In this document: positions 1-10,706 of the stretch, piece by piece
Position numbering within the stretch: the stretch's first letter is position 1
Layout: the number at the start of each line of letters is the position of its first letter
Source of the DNA: Bacillota bacterium
Lineage (GTDB): Bacteria > Bacillota > Proteinivoracia > UBA4975 > VEMY01
Length of the DNA stretch: 64,000 nucleotides
NCBI GenBank assembly: GCA_009711825.1
Contig: VEMY01000009.1
Location: 14,283-78,282, forward strand
Direction of reading: 5' to 3'
Translations under genes and position numbers: made by a program
Notes under the pieces: generated by a model
Told to the model about the DNA's origin: nothing
Databases searched by the model: none
Seen by the model: only the letters and a program-made list of their open reading frames with translations

Positions 1-1
1 C

Positions 2-181
2 ACTGCCCGGGAGTTGGAGATACTGACTTTGGTGGGGGAGGGCCTCTCCAACAAAGAGATAGCCCAGAAACTCTACCTCAGTGAAGGTACTGCCCGCAAT
101 TATGTGACTCAGCTTCTGGATAAGTTAAAACTGCGGGACCGCACCCAGCTGGCAATCTTTTACCTCAAGAACTTTCAATGA
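2..181 (+). CDS. LuxR/NarL-family response regulator, C-terminal HTH fragment (5' end outside window)
   Basis: Frame is open from the window edge. It reads TARELEILTLVGEGLSNKEIAQKLYLSEGTARNYVTQLLDKLKLRDRTQLAIFYLKNFQ*, a classic LuxR/GerE-type HTH. TGA at 179-181. Confidence 0.85.
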   Translation, partial: TARELEILTLVGEGLSNKEIAQKLYLSEGTARNYVTQLLDKLKLRDRTQLAIFYLKNFQ

Positions 182-241
182 GGGTTTGTTGCAGAAGTTA
201 ACAAAGAAGCAGGATAGACATTTTTAATCAGGGGTGATGTA

Positions 242-1804
242 ATGGAGCGGGCACGTTTGGGCATCAGTGTCAGAGATGCGCTCAAGCTGGAGGCCTTTGA
301 CGGTGTGGAGGTTGTCGCCGGTGCAGGTGGCTTAGATTCATTAATTTTTCATATCAACGTCATGGAGGTTCCTGATATCTTGGATTGGGTCAGGGAGGGT
401 GAGCTTCTTTTCACCACTCTTTATTCTCTGCGAGACAAGCCCCAGGAACAGGTCGAACTTATCCCCAGACTGGCGGAAAAAAAACTAGCTGGTCTGGCTA
501 TCAAGCCCAAACGATATATCGACGAAATCCCTTCTGAGGCGCTGGAGTTGGCCGACAAGCATAGTTTCCCCATATTACAGCTCCCCCCCAAAACAGCGTT
601 TGCAGCTTTAATGGAGCCGCTGCTGCAAGAAATTCTAGACTTTCAGACTGACCTGCTCCACCGCTCGGAGTTGGCTCATAATGCCCTCTTGGATGTGGTT
701 TTGCGGGGAGGTAGCCTTGAGGATTTGGCGAGACAGCTCAGCCAATTGGTCAATTGTCAGATTGTTGTGCTGAATAGAGATTTCCAGTCGCTTACTGAGG
801 AACCCCCTGATTTGCACCAATGGCTGGAGCATAATCGGCCTCGCAAAGATTACCGGCGATTAAATAAATTCAACGGGCAGTGCCCCGGAATTCTGGTGCC
901 GCTAATGGCTGGGGGTAGCCGACTGGGGTTTATATTGGCCATGGCCAAGTCTGGCGACTTCAGTGTCTTGGATGAGATTACCCTAGAACGGGGGGGCACT
1001 GTGGCTGCGCTTGAAATGATGAACGCCCGCACAGTTCAAGAAGTTGAACGGCGTTACCGCAACGAATTTCTTGTAGAGTTGGTTGAGGGGGCCTTTTCGG
1101 ACGATGTGGCCCGGCAGCGGGCTAGTATCAATGGCTGGCATTTACAGGATGAGATGCGAGTGTTTATGTACCGGTTTGAAGATTTTCGCAATCAGAGCCA
1201 AAAGGATAAATTACTGCAATTTTTACAAGAAAACTTTTGTAAGCGTTGCATTTCCGGCGAACTAGGGCGGGACGTTTTGGTTGTTACGCCTGTGGACCAT
1301 GACCTAGCAGAGTTTAGTTCTCGTAACATCGAGGCCATGGAACGAGCGGCCCAAAGCAGGTTGGTAATTGGCGTTGGCAGGGATTCTACCTCGATTCGGG
1401 ATATTAAATACAGTTTTCGCCAAGCCCGGGGAGCTGTCAAGACTGCAATGATAGTTCGTGGCTTGGGGACGGTGGTTCATTATAACCAGCTGGGAGTTTA
1501 TCGACTGCTGGAAGAAATGCGCGGCAAGCCGGAATTGCAGGCATACATCCAAGATAATTTGCAGGTGTTGCTTGATTATGACAAGGAAAACAATACTGAG
1601 TTGGTTAAAACGCTGCAGCGTTATTATGAGTTTGGGGGTAACCTGAAACAGGTTGCCCGGGAGTTGTTTGTGCACTACAATACCGTGGTATACCGAGTAG
1701 AACGCATCGAGAAATTGCTAAATGTGAGTCTTTCCAATCCCCGGCAGCGTCTGAGCCTGGAAGTGGCAGTTCGCGCTCTAGAAATGACCCGGGATAAACG
1801 ATGA
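242..1804 (+). CDS. PucR-family transcriptional regulator (purine-catabolism-regulator-like)
   Basis: 520 aa. C-terminal LVKTLQRYYEFGGNLKQVARELFVHYNTVVYRVERIEKLL is the PucR C-terminal HTH. RBS AGGGGTGA lies 4 nt upstream. Paralog at 46792-48405. Confidence 0.85.
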   Translation: MERARLGISVRDALKLEAFDGVEVVAGAGGLDSLIFHINVMEVPDILDWVREGELLFTTLYSLRDKPQEQVELIPRLAEKKLAGLAIKPKRYIDEIPSEALELADKHSFPILQLPPKTAFAALMEPLLQEILDFQTDLLHRSELAHNALLDVVLRGGSLEDLARQLSQLVNCQIVVLNRDFQSLTEEPPDLHQWLEHNRPRKDYRRLNKFNGQCPGILVPLMAGGSRLGFILAMAKSGDFSVLDEITLERGGTVAALEMMNARTVQEVERRYRNEFLVELVEGAFSDDVARQRASINGWHLQDEMRVFMYRFEDFRNQSQKDKLLQFLQENFCKRCISGELGRDVLVVTPVDHDLAEFSSRNIEAMERAAQSRLVIGVGRDSTSIRDIKYSFRQARGAVKTAMIVRGLGTVVHYNQLGVYRLLEEMRGKPELQAYIQDNLQVLLDYDKENNTELVKTLQRYYEFGGNLKQVARELFVHYNTVVYRVERIEKLLNVSLSNPRQRLSLEVAVRALEMTRDKR

Positions 1805-1828
1805 CCGTCTAATTCAGGCGGTTTTTTT
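1804..1828 (+). terminator. Weak rho-independent terminator after pucR-like gene
   Basis: ACCGTCT-aattc-AGGCGGT stem (one G-U pair) followed by TTTTTTT. Confidence 0.45.
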
Positions 1829-1931
1829 GTATTAGTTAAAATTGCTAACTTAGTGCCCTTGAGTTTGTAAACTGCTCACAAAGGCAAATCTCAGCGTTTG
1901 CTGTAACTTAATTACTAGAGGAGGTGGCGCT

Positions 1932-2735
1932 ATGGATTTTGTGGCTGAAACTGCAGGGAGAGGGGTAGGTAATATCTTGCGGGGAGCTGGCCAAGTTATC
2001 GGAATTTATGATCAGGTAGTTAACATCGAGCTTGCCACCGGATTCTGTCTCAGCCTTGTAAGCAAAAAAATAGATCTGGCTCCTAACCGGATTTTGCTGG
2101 CCGGCCTGGATTGCATCCACCGACAAGTGAAACCTGGCGATATGGTGCGAGTTGGCAGCCATCAACTTTGGCACACCCGGTTCAGCATCGCCTGGGCAGC
2201 GCCGCCATCACAAGAATCCATTGAGCTTACCCCATTGTTAGCTAGTCTTGGGACCCTGGAAAAAGAGTTACGAACGGGAACAGGTGCCTGCCGCAGCTAT
2301 TTTTCCGACAGCGTCGGGTCATTTATCGATAATCAGGTCGCAGTGGAAGCGAAGAATCTGGCTGCCGGTTCCGACGGGGAGAGTTTGCTGGGCCTGGGCG
2401 CTGGCCTTACCCCCGCAGGTGACGACGTTCTTGTTGGCTACTTGGGCGCCTGCAATCAATTGGGTTTGGAGCCTGGTGTCGCTAACGGTTTTGTTGGCAA
2501 AGCCTTCCTGGTCACCGGTTCGCTCAGTGCAACCGCCATTTATTTTGCCAGCCAAGGCCAGGTTCAGGAACGGTTGAGTGCAGTAATTCAGGCGCTGTCA
2601 GGGTCACAATCTGAGTTGACAATCAACGCAAGGACTTTGATGCAGGTAGGTAGTAGCTCTGGCAGTGATATGTTGCTGGGAGTATATCTGGCTCTTGTCA
2701 AGTATTTTAATCAGATTGGGAGTGAAATTGCATGA
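1932..2735 (+). CDS. DUF2877 (YlbF-like) protein, putative subunit of the FdrA-type carbamoyltransferase module
   Basis: 267 aa, RBS GAGGAGG, ATGA overlap with the fdrA-like gene. Motif GLGAGLTPAGDDVLVGYL is shared with the paralog at 41053-41919 (GLGVGATPTADDMIHGAL). Gene context matches E. coli ylbF-fdrA-ylbE. Confidence 0.55.
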   Translation: MDFVAETAGRGVGNILRGAGQVIGIYDQVVNIELATGFCLSLVSKKIDLAPNRILLAGLDCIHRQVKPGDMVRVGSHQLWHTRFSIAWAAPPSQESIELTPLLASLGTLEKELRTGTGACRSYFSDSVGSFIDNQVAVEAKNLAAGSDGESLLGLGAGLTPAGDDVLVGYLGACNQLGLEPGVANGFVGKAFLVTGSLSATAIYFASQGQVQERLSAVIQALSGSQSELTINARTLMQVGSSSGSDMLLGVYLALVKYFNQIGSEIA

Positions 2736-4264
2736 CAGAAAAGGTGCTGGTCAGGCCGAACGCTTATTATGATTCTGCAACGTTGATGTCTGTTGCGCAA
2801 AAGGTGAAGAGCGAACAGGGTGTCGACGAGGCCGTGGCTGTAATGGCCACTGAAGCAAACAAAGAGTTATTGGCGAATGTAGGAATGCTCAGTCAGGAGG
2901 CTGGTGCCGCCACAACCCGGGATCTGGTCTTGGCTGTTCGTGGTGATAGTCAGGAGGCGATCGAAGCCGCCTTTCAAATGATAGAGGCAGAGTTGGCCGG
3001 TGCCAAAGAGGAAATAGCGAAAGAAAAAGCACCCCGCTCTCTGGCGGAGGCGTTGGAACAGAAGCCTGATGCTAACTTGGTTGTAATTTCTGTAGCCGGT
3101 CAGTTTGCAGCCCGGGAGGCCCGCAAAGCTCTGGAGGCAGGACTCAATGTAATGTTATTCAGTGATAACGTGCCGCTGGAAGCCGAGATTGAACTGAAAA
3201 CGCTTGCAGCTGAAAAAGGTCTATTGATGATGGGCCCCGATTGCGGTACCGCACTGATTGGCGGTGCGCCTTTGGCCTTCGCCAATGTGGTGCGGAGAGG
3301 GAAAATTGGGATTGTAGCTGCCGCCGGTACTGGCCTCCAGGAGGTAAGCACTTTGATTCATCGCCTTGGCGGCGGTGTCAGCCATGGTATTGGCACCGGC
3401 GGACGGGACGTCAAGGCTTCCGTGGGAGGCAGGCAATTACTCTTTGGCATTCAGGCTTTGGAAGCGGATTCGGCCACTGAAGTGATTGTTGTGACCGGTA
3501 AACCGCCGGCGCCAGACGTGGAAGTTAAATTGCTTGATCTGATAAAAACGTGCAAAAAGCCTGTGATTGTGAACCTTTTGGGGGGTGATGCGGAGGCAAC
3601 TGCCGCGGTCGGCGCCACATTTGCCCCCACACTGGAGGAGGCAGCTCAGTTGGCTGTTCAGGCCACTGGACTGAGCGGTAAATTGCCAATCGTGGGAAGC
3701 GGAACCCCACACATTGATTTTGCGCCCAACCAACGATGGTTACGGGGCTTGTTTACCGGCGGCACCCTTTGTTATGAGGCCCAACTGGTATTGGCCAAGA
3801 AGCTGGGCCCGGTTTACTCAAATACACCGCTTAAACCTGAGCTAGCGGCGGATGACTTTGCTGGTTCTCGGCACATTGTGTTGGACCTGGGTGATGATCA
3901 GTTTACCAGTGGACGCCCCCACCCAATGATCGAGCCTTCTATTCGCGGCGAGTGGCTGACAAAGGTGGCCGCTGACCCGGAGATCGCTGTAGTATTGATG
4001 GATTTTGTCCTCGGTTATGGTGCCCATCGGGAACCGGTTGCGTCAATTGCGGACGAGATACAAGCTGCCCAGACGCAGGCTGCGGAACGGGGAGGCAATT
4101 TGATGATCATCGCTTCTGTAACAGGGACCAATGAAGACCCTCAGATTCTGGACAGACAGGTAGCGGAACTCGAAGCGTTGGGAGTTATCGTCCTGCCCTC
4201 CAATCGCCGTGCGGTGGAGCAGGCCGCGCTGGTGCTTCGCAACCTGGAAGGGAGGCAGAACTAA
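2732..4264 (+). CDS. fdrA: FdrA-family protein (acyl-CoA synthetase / succinyl-CoA-synthetase-alpha-like fold)
   Basis: 510 aa. Motifs GPDCGTALIGG, GIVAAAGTGLQEV, GIGTGGRD and LGDDQFTSGRPHPMIEP are typical of FdrA. Coupled start (ATGA). Confidence 0.85.
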   Translation: MTEKVLVRPNAYYDSATLMSVAQKVKSEQGVDEAVAVMATEANKELLANVGMLSQEAGAATTRDLVLAVRGDSQEAIEAAFQMIEAELAGAKEEIAKEKAPRSLAEALEQKPDANLVVISVAGQFAAREARKALEAGLNVMLFSDNVPLEAEIELKTLAAEKGLLMMGPDCGTALIGGAPLAFANVVRRGKIGIVAAAGTGLQEVSTLIHRLGGGVSHGIGTGGRDVKASVGGRQLLFGIQALEADSATEVIVVTGKPPAPDVEVKLLDLIKTCKKPVIVNLLGGDAEATAAVGATFAPTLEEAAQLAVQATGLSGKLPIVGSGTPHIDFAPNQRWLRGLFTGGTLCYEAQLVLAKKLGPVYSNTPLKPELAADDFAGSRHIVLDLGDDQFTSGRPHPMIEPSIRGEWLTKVAADPEIAVVLMDFVLGYGAHREPVASIADEIQAAQTQAAERGGNLMIIASVTGTNEDPQILDRQVAELEALGVIVLPSNRRAVEQAALVLRNLEGRQN

Positions 4265-5682
4265 TGTCTATTCTCCAAGAGAAGGTTAAAGTGATAAATA
4301 TTGGTCTGGGTAGCTTCGCCCGGGATCTGGAGTCGGCAGGTGTTGATGTAACCAATGTGGACTGGCACCCTGCAGCCGGAGGGGATGAAGAAGTCCTTGC
4401 TCTGCTAGACAAGCTGGCGCCGTTGGCTGAAGAAATAGACGCAGCCAATAAAGAAGCTTTGGGGCGGGTGCTCCAGGCCGAGCCGGTGCTGGTTGACCTG
4501 GGACCTGCCGGAGAGATGATTGCCGGGTTGCCGGAGCGAACCCTGCTTCATGCTGGCCCGCCATTGGAATGGAAGGAAATGAGCGGCCCGATGCGAGGCG
4601 CGGTCATTGGCGCGGTACTGTTTGAGGGATGGGCGGATTCTTCGGAAGCTGCGGAGGCTCTGGCTGCCTCAGGACAGCTTAACTTCGTCCCATGCCATCA
4701 TTATGATGCAGTCGGACCGATGACTGGGATGCTCTCGCCGTCGATGCCTGTGTTCGTTGTGGAAAACACCACCTTTGGCAACAGAGCATATTGTTCAATT
4801 AATGAGGGGCTGGGCAAGGTGCTGCGCTTTGGCGCCTATAGCCAGGAAGTCTTGAAACGGCTGGCTTGGTTACGGGATGAGTTTCATCCGCTGCTTAAGC
4901 AGGCGATTCTGGAAGTCGGCGGTATCCAGCTGAAGAACATCACCAGTCAGGCACTGCAGATGGGCGATGAATGCCATAATCGCAACAAGGCCGCATCTGC
5001 GCTGTTGTTACGGGAGTTGGCGCCCATCATCGCCGGCCTTGAGCTGCCCCGTGAAACCGTGACCCGGGCTCTAGACTTCATGCGTGGCAACGAACACTTC
5101 TATTTAAACGTTTCCATGGCTGCCTGCAAAGCCAGCCTCGACCCGGCCCGGGGGATCCGTTACTCAACAATGGTTACAGCCATGACTCGGAACGGTACCG
5201 ACTTCGGAATAAAAATCAGTGGCCTGGATGATCAGTGGTTTACTGCCCCCGCCCTGGCGGTGGACGGGCTTTACTTCCCCGGTTACAGCGCCGCTGATGC
5301 CAACCCCGACCTGGGGGACAGCACAATCACCGAGACCTTTGGGATTGGCGGTTTTGCAATGGCCAGTGCCCCTGCAATCGTAAAATTTGTCGGCGGCAGC
5401 CCCCAGGATGCCCTGGAATACAGCCGGTCGATGTACAGAATCACTCTGGGAGAGAACAGCAGCTACACCATACCAAATTTGAACTTCCGGGGTATTCCAA
5501 CCGGCATCGATCTGCGCAAAGTGTTGGAGGAGGATATTCTGCCGGCCTTGAATACCGGCATTGCTCATAAGGATGCCGGAGTGGGGCAAATCGGCGCCGG
5601 AGTCGTGAACCCACCATTGGCCTGCTTTAAAAAAGCCCTTGTTGCCTTTGTGGAAGCCCATCTTGGGGAGGAGGATAACTGA
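4264..5682 (+). CDS. DUF1116 (YlbE-like) protein
   Basis: 472 aa, TAATG overlap with fdrA. Collinear with the paralog at 43664-45073 (shared HAGPP, NFxPCHH, GDECHNR, DSTITET blocks). Confidence 0.8.
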   Translation: MSILQEKVKVINIGLGSFARDLESAGVDVTNVDWHPAAGGDEEVLALLDKLAPLAEEIDAANKEALGRVLQAEPVLVDLGPAGEMIAGLPERTLLHAGPPLEWKEMSGPMRGAVIGAVLFEGWADSSEAAEALAASGQLNFVPCHHYDAVGPMTGMLSPSMPVFVVENTTFGNRAYCSINEGLGKVLRFGAYSQEVLKRLAWLRDEFHPLLKQAILEVGGIQLKNITSQALQMGDECHNRNKAASALLLRELAPIIAGLELPRETVTRALDFMRGNEHFYLNVSMAACKASLDPARGIRYSTMVTAMTRNGTDFGIKISGLDDQWFTAPALAVDGLYFPGYSAADANPDLGDSTITETFGIGGFAMASAPAIVKFVGGSPQDALEYSRSMYRITLGENSSYTIPNLNFRGIPTGIDLRKVLEEDILPALNTGIAHKDAGVGQIGAGVVNPPLACFKKALVAFVEAHLGEEDN

Positions 5683-6875
5683 TGTTGTTAAAAAACTGCC
5701 GATTGCCCGACGGACGTCAGGTCGATATCCGCTTGGAAGGCGAAAACATCGTTGAAATTGCTTCTGGGCTCTCAGGAGATGAAGCGGATACCCTAGACGT
5801 AAAGGGCAAACTGGTCAGCCCCGGCTTTGTTGATTGCCACCTTCATTTGGACAAGACCTTGATCGCTCTAGACACTCCAAATGAAAGCGGCACTTTAGAT
5901 GAAGCTATCAAGATTACCCGCAGTCGCAAATCTGAGTTTACCAAAAACGAAGTAAAGGAAAGAGCTCGCAAAACCATTGAAAGGGCGATTGCCAACGGCA
6001 CAACATGGCTGCGCAGTAATATCGATATTGACCCGATTGTCGGGCTGACCGGACTTGAGGCGCTGCTTGAGTTGCGGGAGGAATACCGGGACAAGGTGGA
6101 CATGCAGTTAGTTGCCTTCCCTCAGGAAGGAATTAATAAGAGTCCAGGGACTCTAGAACTAATGATAGAGGCGTTAAAAAGTGGCGCCGATGTTGTCGGC
6201 GGCATTCCTGCCAAGGATATAGAGCCGGAGCTGCATATCACTAAGGTATTTGATTTAGCGGAACGATTTGCCGTGCCTTTGGATATCCATACTGATGAGT
6301 CGGACAACCCCGCTGATTTGACACTGGTGGAGATTGCCCGGCAGACCATGGCCCGTGGTCTTGAGGGCAAGGTTGCTGTTGCCCACTGTTGCTCTCTAGC
6401 TGCTTTGCCCCCGAACGCCCTGGAGGCGATTTTAACGGAGATTGCTCCCGCCCAGTTGAATGTTGTTTCATTACCTTCCACCAATCTCTACCTTCAGGGG
6501 CGTGGCGATAGCCATCGGGTGCGCCGGGGCATTGCCCCCGTACGGGCGCTTTTGGATAAAGGGTTCACAGTGGCGTTTGCATCTGATAATATCCGGGACG
6601 CATTTAATCCTTTTGGCACCGCTAATCTGCTACAAATCGGCCTGATGGCCGCCCACGGTTGCCATATGGGCGGCGTTGGCGACTTGAACCAGGTCTTTAC
6701 CATGTTGACCACAGCACCCGCCCGGATAGTTGGCGCGAACACCGGGCTTCGACCAGGAGCAAAAGCAGACCTTGTAATCCTGGATGCCGAATCACCGGTG
6801 CAGGCAATTATTGAGCAGGCACCGGTCCTGGAGCGGATCTACAGAGGTGTCGCCGATGGGAGGTGGTGTTACTAA
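5682..6875 (+). CDS. Amidohydrolase-superfamily enzyme, cytosine-deaminase/AtzC-like
   Basis: 397 aa, TGATG overlap with the upstream gene. N-terminal metal ligands GFVDCHLHLDK, then DIHTDE, HCCS and ASDNIRD blocks, as in the cytosine deaminase subfamily. Confidence 0.8.
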   Translation: MLLKNCRLPDGRQVDIRLEGENIVEIASGLSGDEADTLDVKGKLVSPGFVDCHLHLDKTLIALDTPNESGTLDEAIKITRSRKSEFTKNEVKERARKTIERAIANGTTWLRSNIDIDPIVGLTGLEALLELREEYRDKVDMQLVAFPQEGINKSPGTLELMIEALKSGADVVGGIPAKDIEPELHITKVFDLAERFAVPLDIHTDESDNPADLTLVEIARQTMARGLEGKVAVAHCCSLAALPPNALEAILTEIAPAQLNVVSLPSTNLYLQGRGDSHRVRRGIAPVRALLDKGFTVAFASDNIRDAFNPFGTANLLQIGLMAAHGCHMGGVGDLNQVFTMLTTAPARIVGANTGLRPGAKADLVILDAESPVQAIIEQAPVLERIYRGVADGRWCY

Positions 6876-6920
6876 ACACTTCCTGACGGAGGAAAAAATA
6901 TAATTGGGAGGGTCTAATAA

Positions 6921-8168
6921 ATGAATCTGTTCCTACTGGTATTACCCCTGTTGGTTATTGTCGGGCTGTTATTTTGCAAGACACACATGTTGGTCGCCGC
7001 CTTTATCGGTGGTGTCTTGGCCGCAATCATTGGTGGTTTGGACATGGGCACAGTAAACAGCAGCTTCACCGCAGGTGTTGCGCAGATGATGGGGATTACC
7101 GTGCCTATACTCTACGCCGCCACGGCTGCAATGGTGGCCAAGGGAGGAAGTATTAAGGCTATTGTCGATTTGGCCGGTCATTACCTCAAGGGGCGCTTGG
7201 CAATCCTTGCAGCGTTCCTGGTCATTATCCAGGCCTTGGCCACTTATATGGCTGGTATGGGCGCCAGCAACACTATGGTTATCGCGCCACTGATTGCCGC
7301 CGCGGTTGGGTTTGTGCCCGAAGTCATAGCCGGACTTGCAATCGCCACAGCCGTTGGCTTCACCACCTCCCCGGCTTCATCGGAGACTGCGCTTGCTGCC
7401 GAAATGGCTGGCCGTGATGTGGTGGAGCATGCCGCTGCAATGCGTCCCTTTACTATTGTCTTCTTCCTAATCGGTGCGGCCCTGGCCGCGTACGGTGTTT
7501 ACAAACGGGGCACAATGGTAAAGGAGAACAAACAAGCAGACAAAGAACAAATGTCCCTAGGCCTGATGTGGAAGACCGCGATTCCTGCTCTGGCACTGTT
7601 GGTAATGGTTGTTGCCGGCGGCAACCTCAACAACCTGGTTGGTTTTACAATTTTCACTCCGGGCACAACGGTAATGTTTACAACAGTCCTGACAGTTTTC
7701 CTGACCAAAATGAATGCCAACGAGTCGGCAAAAGCGTTAATTGACGGCTCGAAATTTATCCTAATGACTCTGTTCTCGGTCGGGATGTTTCTTGGCTTCA
7801 TCAATTTACTGGGTGAAATCGGCACTTTCAGTGAACTGGCTGCCCTGGCTGGCAGGGTGCCGGATGTTCTGGTTTTGCCAGCCGCAATGCTAATTGCATT
7901 TATCGTCGCGTTTCCCGCCGGCGCTTTTGCTGCCGGAGTACTGGCTCTGGTGCTCCCCACTTTAGCTAACCTGGGAATGCCCTCAGAGGCAATGGGCTTC
8001 GTTGCAATTGCGGTTGGTCTCGGTACTCAGATCAGTCCGGTGCAAATCAATGTTGCCGCTCTATCCGATGGTTTTGAGATATCAGTGATGGACGTCATCC
8101 GCGCCAATCTCAAATTTGTATTGGCAGCATTGGCCTTGCTTTTAGTGTTGGCGGTAATCTTTGTCTAA
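6921..8168 (+). CDS. Multi-pass membrane permease (ion-transporter-superfamily-like, family not recognised)
   Basis: 415 aa, almost entirely hydrophobic helices with one central hydrophilic loop (KENKQADKEQ). Lies in the operon between two hydrolases. Confidence 0.6.
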   Translation: MNLFLLVLPLLVIVGLLFCKTHMLVAAFIGGVLAAIIGGLDMGTVNSSFTAGVAQMMGITVPILYAATAAMVAKGGSIKAIVDLAGHYLKGRLAILAAFLVIIQALATYMAGMGASNTMVIAPLIAAAVGFVPEVIAGLAIATAVGFTTSPASSETALAAEMAGRDVVEHAAAMRPFTIVFFLIGAALAAYGVYKRGTMVKENKQADKEQMSLGLMWKTAIPALALLVMVVAGGNLNNLVGFTIFTPGTTVMFTTVLTVFLTKMNANESAKALIDGSKFILMTLFSVGMFLGFINLLGEIGTFSELAALAGRVPDVLVLPAAMLIAFIVAFPAGAFAAGVLALVLPTLANLGMPSEAMGFVAIAVGLGTQISPVQINVAALSDGFEISVMDVIRANLKFVLAALALLLVLAVIFV

Positions 8169-8217
8169 TGACGGGGAGGAGTAATCCTCCCCTATACCCT
8201 CACAAGGAGGTAATAAT

Positions 8218-9321
8218 ATGTTAAACGCAAAAGTGTTTACTGTGGAGATGAATGCACCCGATGATGTTTCCGGGTTGAAAGACCTATTAGACAGCGGCGC
8301 AATAAAGCCAGAAGAAGTCCTGGCAGTGTTGGGTAAGACAGAAGGGAATGGCTGTGTAAACGATTTTACCCGCGGGTTCAGCACCATGGCCTTTAAGCAA
8401 CTGTTGGCCGACTATCTTGACACCTCTCCGAAGGAAGTGGAGAAGCGGGTGGCTTTTGTCATGTCTGGTGGCACCGAAGGAGTAATGACTCCCCATGCGA
8501 CAATCTTCGCCCAGAGCGAGGAAAAAGCTTCGGCGCCAGCTGAGCCGGGTTTGTCCATCGGAGTCGCCTTCACGCGGGACTTCTTGCCCGAGGAATTGGG
8601 CACTATGACCCAAGTTGAGGAAGTAGCGAAGGCTGTCGAAGCGGCTATGGCCGAAGCTCGTATTGATTCCGTGTCAGATGTACACTTTGTGCAAATAAAA
8701 TGCCCGCTACTCACTTCGGAGAGAATTAACGATGCTCTCAAGCGGGGAAGGAAAGTGGTTGTCAGCGATACCTACAAATCTATGGGTTATTCTCGAGCTG
8801 CCTCCGCCTTGGGCATCGCCCTTGCTTTGGGTGAGGTCAACAAAGAACAATTGGCAGACGAAAAAATCGCCAGCGACTGGAGTTTATATTCGGCGTTGGC
8901 ATCCACATCTGCTGGTGTTGAACTTGAAAATTGTGAGATTATTCTTATGGGCAATTCCAGACATTCGGTGAGCAAGTACAAAATTGGCCACAGTGTGATG
9001 GAAGACGCCATTGACATCCAGGCCGTTTTGGCCGCTATGCGGGACGCTGGACTGGAATTCGCAGGCCTACCTACGGCAGAACAGATGAAGCGTGTGGTGA
9101 ACGTATTCGCCAAGGCTGAAGCTGATCCCACCGGTTATGTGCGTGGGCGTCGCAACACAATGCTAACCGACTCAGACATCAACCACACCCGCCATGCCCG
9201 GGCGGTAGTCAATGCTGTTGTCGCTTCCGTTGTCGGCGACCCAATGGTCTATATCTCCGGGGGCGCCGAACATCAGGGTCCTGCCGGTGGCGGCCCAGTT
9301 GCTGTGATTCTGGAAAAGTAA
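8218..9321 (+). CDS. Ring-opening cyclic-amide hydrolase (AtzD/TrzD cyanuric acid hydrolase / barbiturase family)
   Basis: 367 aa, the family-typical length. N-terminus [45 protein letters not shown], plus the FVMSGGTEG block and the three-fold internal repeat pattern characteristic of this family. Confidence 0.8.
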   Translation: MLNAKVFTVEMNAPDDVSGLKDLLDSGAIKPEEVLAVLGKTEGNGCVNDFTRGFSTMAFKQLLADYLDTSPKEVEKRVAFVMSGGTEGVMTPHATIFAQSEEKASAPAEPGLSIGVAFTRDFLPEELGTMTQVEEVAKAVEAAMAEARIDSVSDVHFVQIKCPLLTSERINDALKRGRKVVVSDTYKSMGYSRAASALGIALALGEVNKEQLADEKIASDWSLYSALASTSAGVELENCEIILMGNSRHSVSKYKIGHSVMEDAIDIQAVLAAMRDAGLEFAGLPTAEQMKRVVNVFAKAEADPTGYVRGRRNTMLTDSDINHTRHARAVVNAVVASVVGDPMVYISGGAEHQGPAGGGPVAVILEK

Positions 9322-9356
9322 CCACTCCTTGCCGACATCGAGAGGAGGAATTATAA

Positions 9357-10664
9357 ATGTCCGACCAGGAAATTAAAAGGGTCATTCAGCCTGTCTACGA
9401 CATTGAGGACAATCCCCCGCTAAAAGAAGGTTTTCCCCTGGCGGTGCAACACATTTTGGCCATGTTTGCTGGAAACATTACGGCCCCAATTATTGTCGCT
9501 TCAATGCTGGGGCTGGCGGCTGCCGATCAGACCTTTCTGATTCAGTCTGCCCTGTTGGCGGCAGCCATCGGGACCTGGATTCAGGCGGGGCGCAGGTTTA
9601 AAGTCGGCTCAAGCTTGCCGATTGTAATGGGCACAAGCAATGCGTTCATTCCTACCATAACGGGAATCGCCAGCCGGTTCGGCATTGGTGCGGTCCTGGG
9701 CGCCGGCTTTGTCGGCGGCATATTTGAACTACTTCTGGGCGGCGTCATGCCCAAGATCAGAAAGCTCTTCAGCCATCTGGTGATGGGAATTGTCGTCCTG
9801 ACCATTGGTATCACCCTGATTCCCGTCGGTATCCGGCAAGCAGCCGGTGGTAATGTCGATTTTGGTTCGGCAACCAATTTACTGTTGGCTGCACTGGTTC
9901 TGGTAACAATCATTTTGCTCAATCAGTTTGGCAAGGGATTCTTCCGCGCTTCGGCAATTCTCCTGGGAATCGTTGTCGGTTATGTCGCAGCGATTATTCT
10001 CGGCATGGTTGATTTTACATCGGTGGCCGAGGCCAGTTGGGTGGCATTCCCCACGCCCTTCCGTTATCAATGGAGTTTTCCGCCCTCGGCAATTATTGCG
10101 ATGGTAATGATGTATATTGTAACTGCCGTAGAAACCGTTGGCGACGTGTCTGCGATTACCATGGGCGGCGCCGGCCGGGAGGCGACAGAGGAGGAGGCCA
10201 CCGGTGCGGTACTGGCCGATGGCGCAGCCAGCAGTATTGCTGCGATTTTCAATGCCTTCCCCAATACTTCATACAGCCAAAACGTCGGTGTGGTTACGTT
10301 GACAGGTGTCATGAGCCGCCATATTGTGCGGTTGGGGGCAATAATCCTTTTGGCCATGTCATTGCTGCCTAAACTGGCTGCCGTCATTTCATTGATTCCG
10401 ACAGCTGTATTGGGTGGAGCAGCCATCATCATGTTCTCCATGGTGGCGTCCTCGGGATTTGTGCTCTTGCAGCGAGTGCAGCTGAACAGGCGTAATCTGC
10501 TGATCATCGCCGTTTCTTTGGGGTTGGGTGTCGGCTTTAATGTTGTTCCTTCGGCTTTGGATATTCTGCCGGACGGTCTACGTCTAATCTTTGCGGAGAC
10601 CGGTGTGGCAACGGCAACTTTGACAGCAATATTCCTCGATCAGACGCTACCCCGGGAAGAATAA
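9357..10664 (+). CDS. NCS2-family nucleobase (uracil/xanthine-type) permease
   Basis: 435 aa. PLAVQHILAMFAGNITAPIIVA and NTSYSQNVGVVTLTGV are signature NCS2 segments. Confidence 0.85.
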   Translation: MSDQEIKRVIQPVYDIEDNPPLKEGFPLAVQHILAMFAGNITAPIIVASMLGLAAADQTFLIQSALLAAAIGTWIQAGRRFKVGSSLPIVMGTSNAFIPTITGIASRFGIGAVLGAGFVGGIFELLLGGVMPKIRKLFSHLVMGIVVLTIGITLIPVGIRQAAGGNVDFGSATNLLLAALVLVTIILLNQFGKGFFRASAILLGIVVGYVAAIILGMVDFTSVAEASWVAFPTPFRYQWSFPPSAIIAMVMMYIVTAVETVGDVSAITMGGAGREATEEEATGAVLADGAASSIAAIFNAFPNTSYSQNVGVVTLTGVMSRHIVRLGAIILLAMSLLPKLAAVISLIPTAVLGGAAIIMFSMVASSGFVLLQRVQLNRRNLLIIAVSLGLGVGFNVVPSALDILPDGLRLIFAETGVATATLTAIFLDQTLPREE

Positions 10665-10706
10665 GCGACTGACAGGTAACTGTATCTAATCAATTTAAAT
10701 CTAATA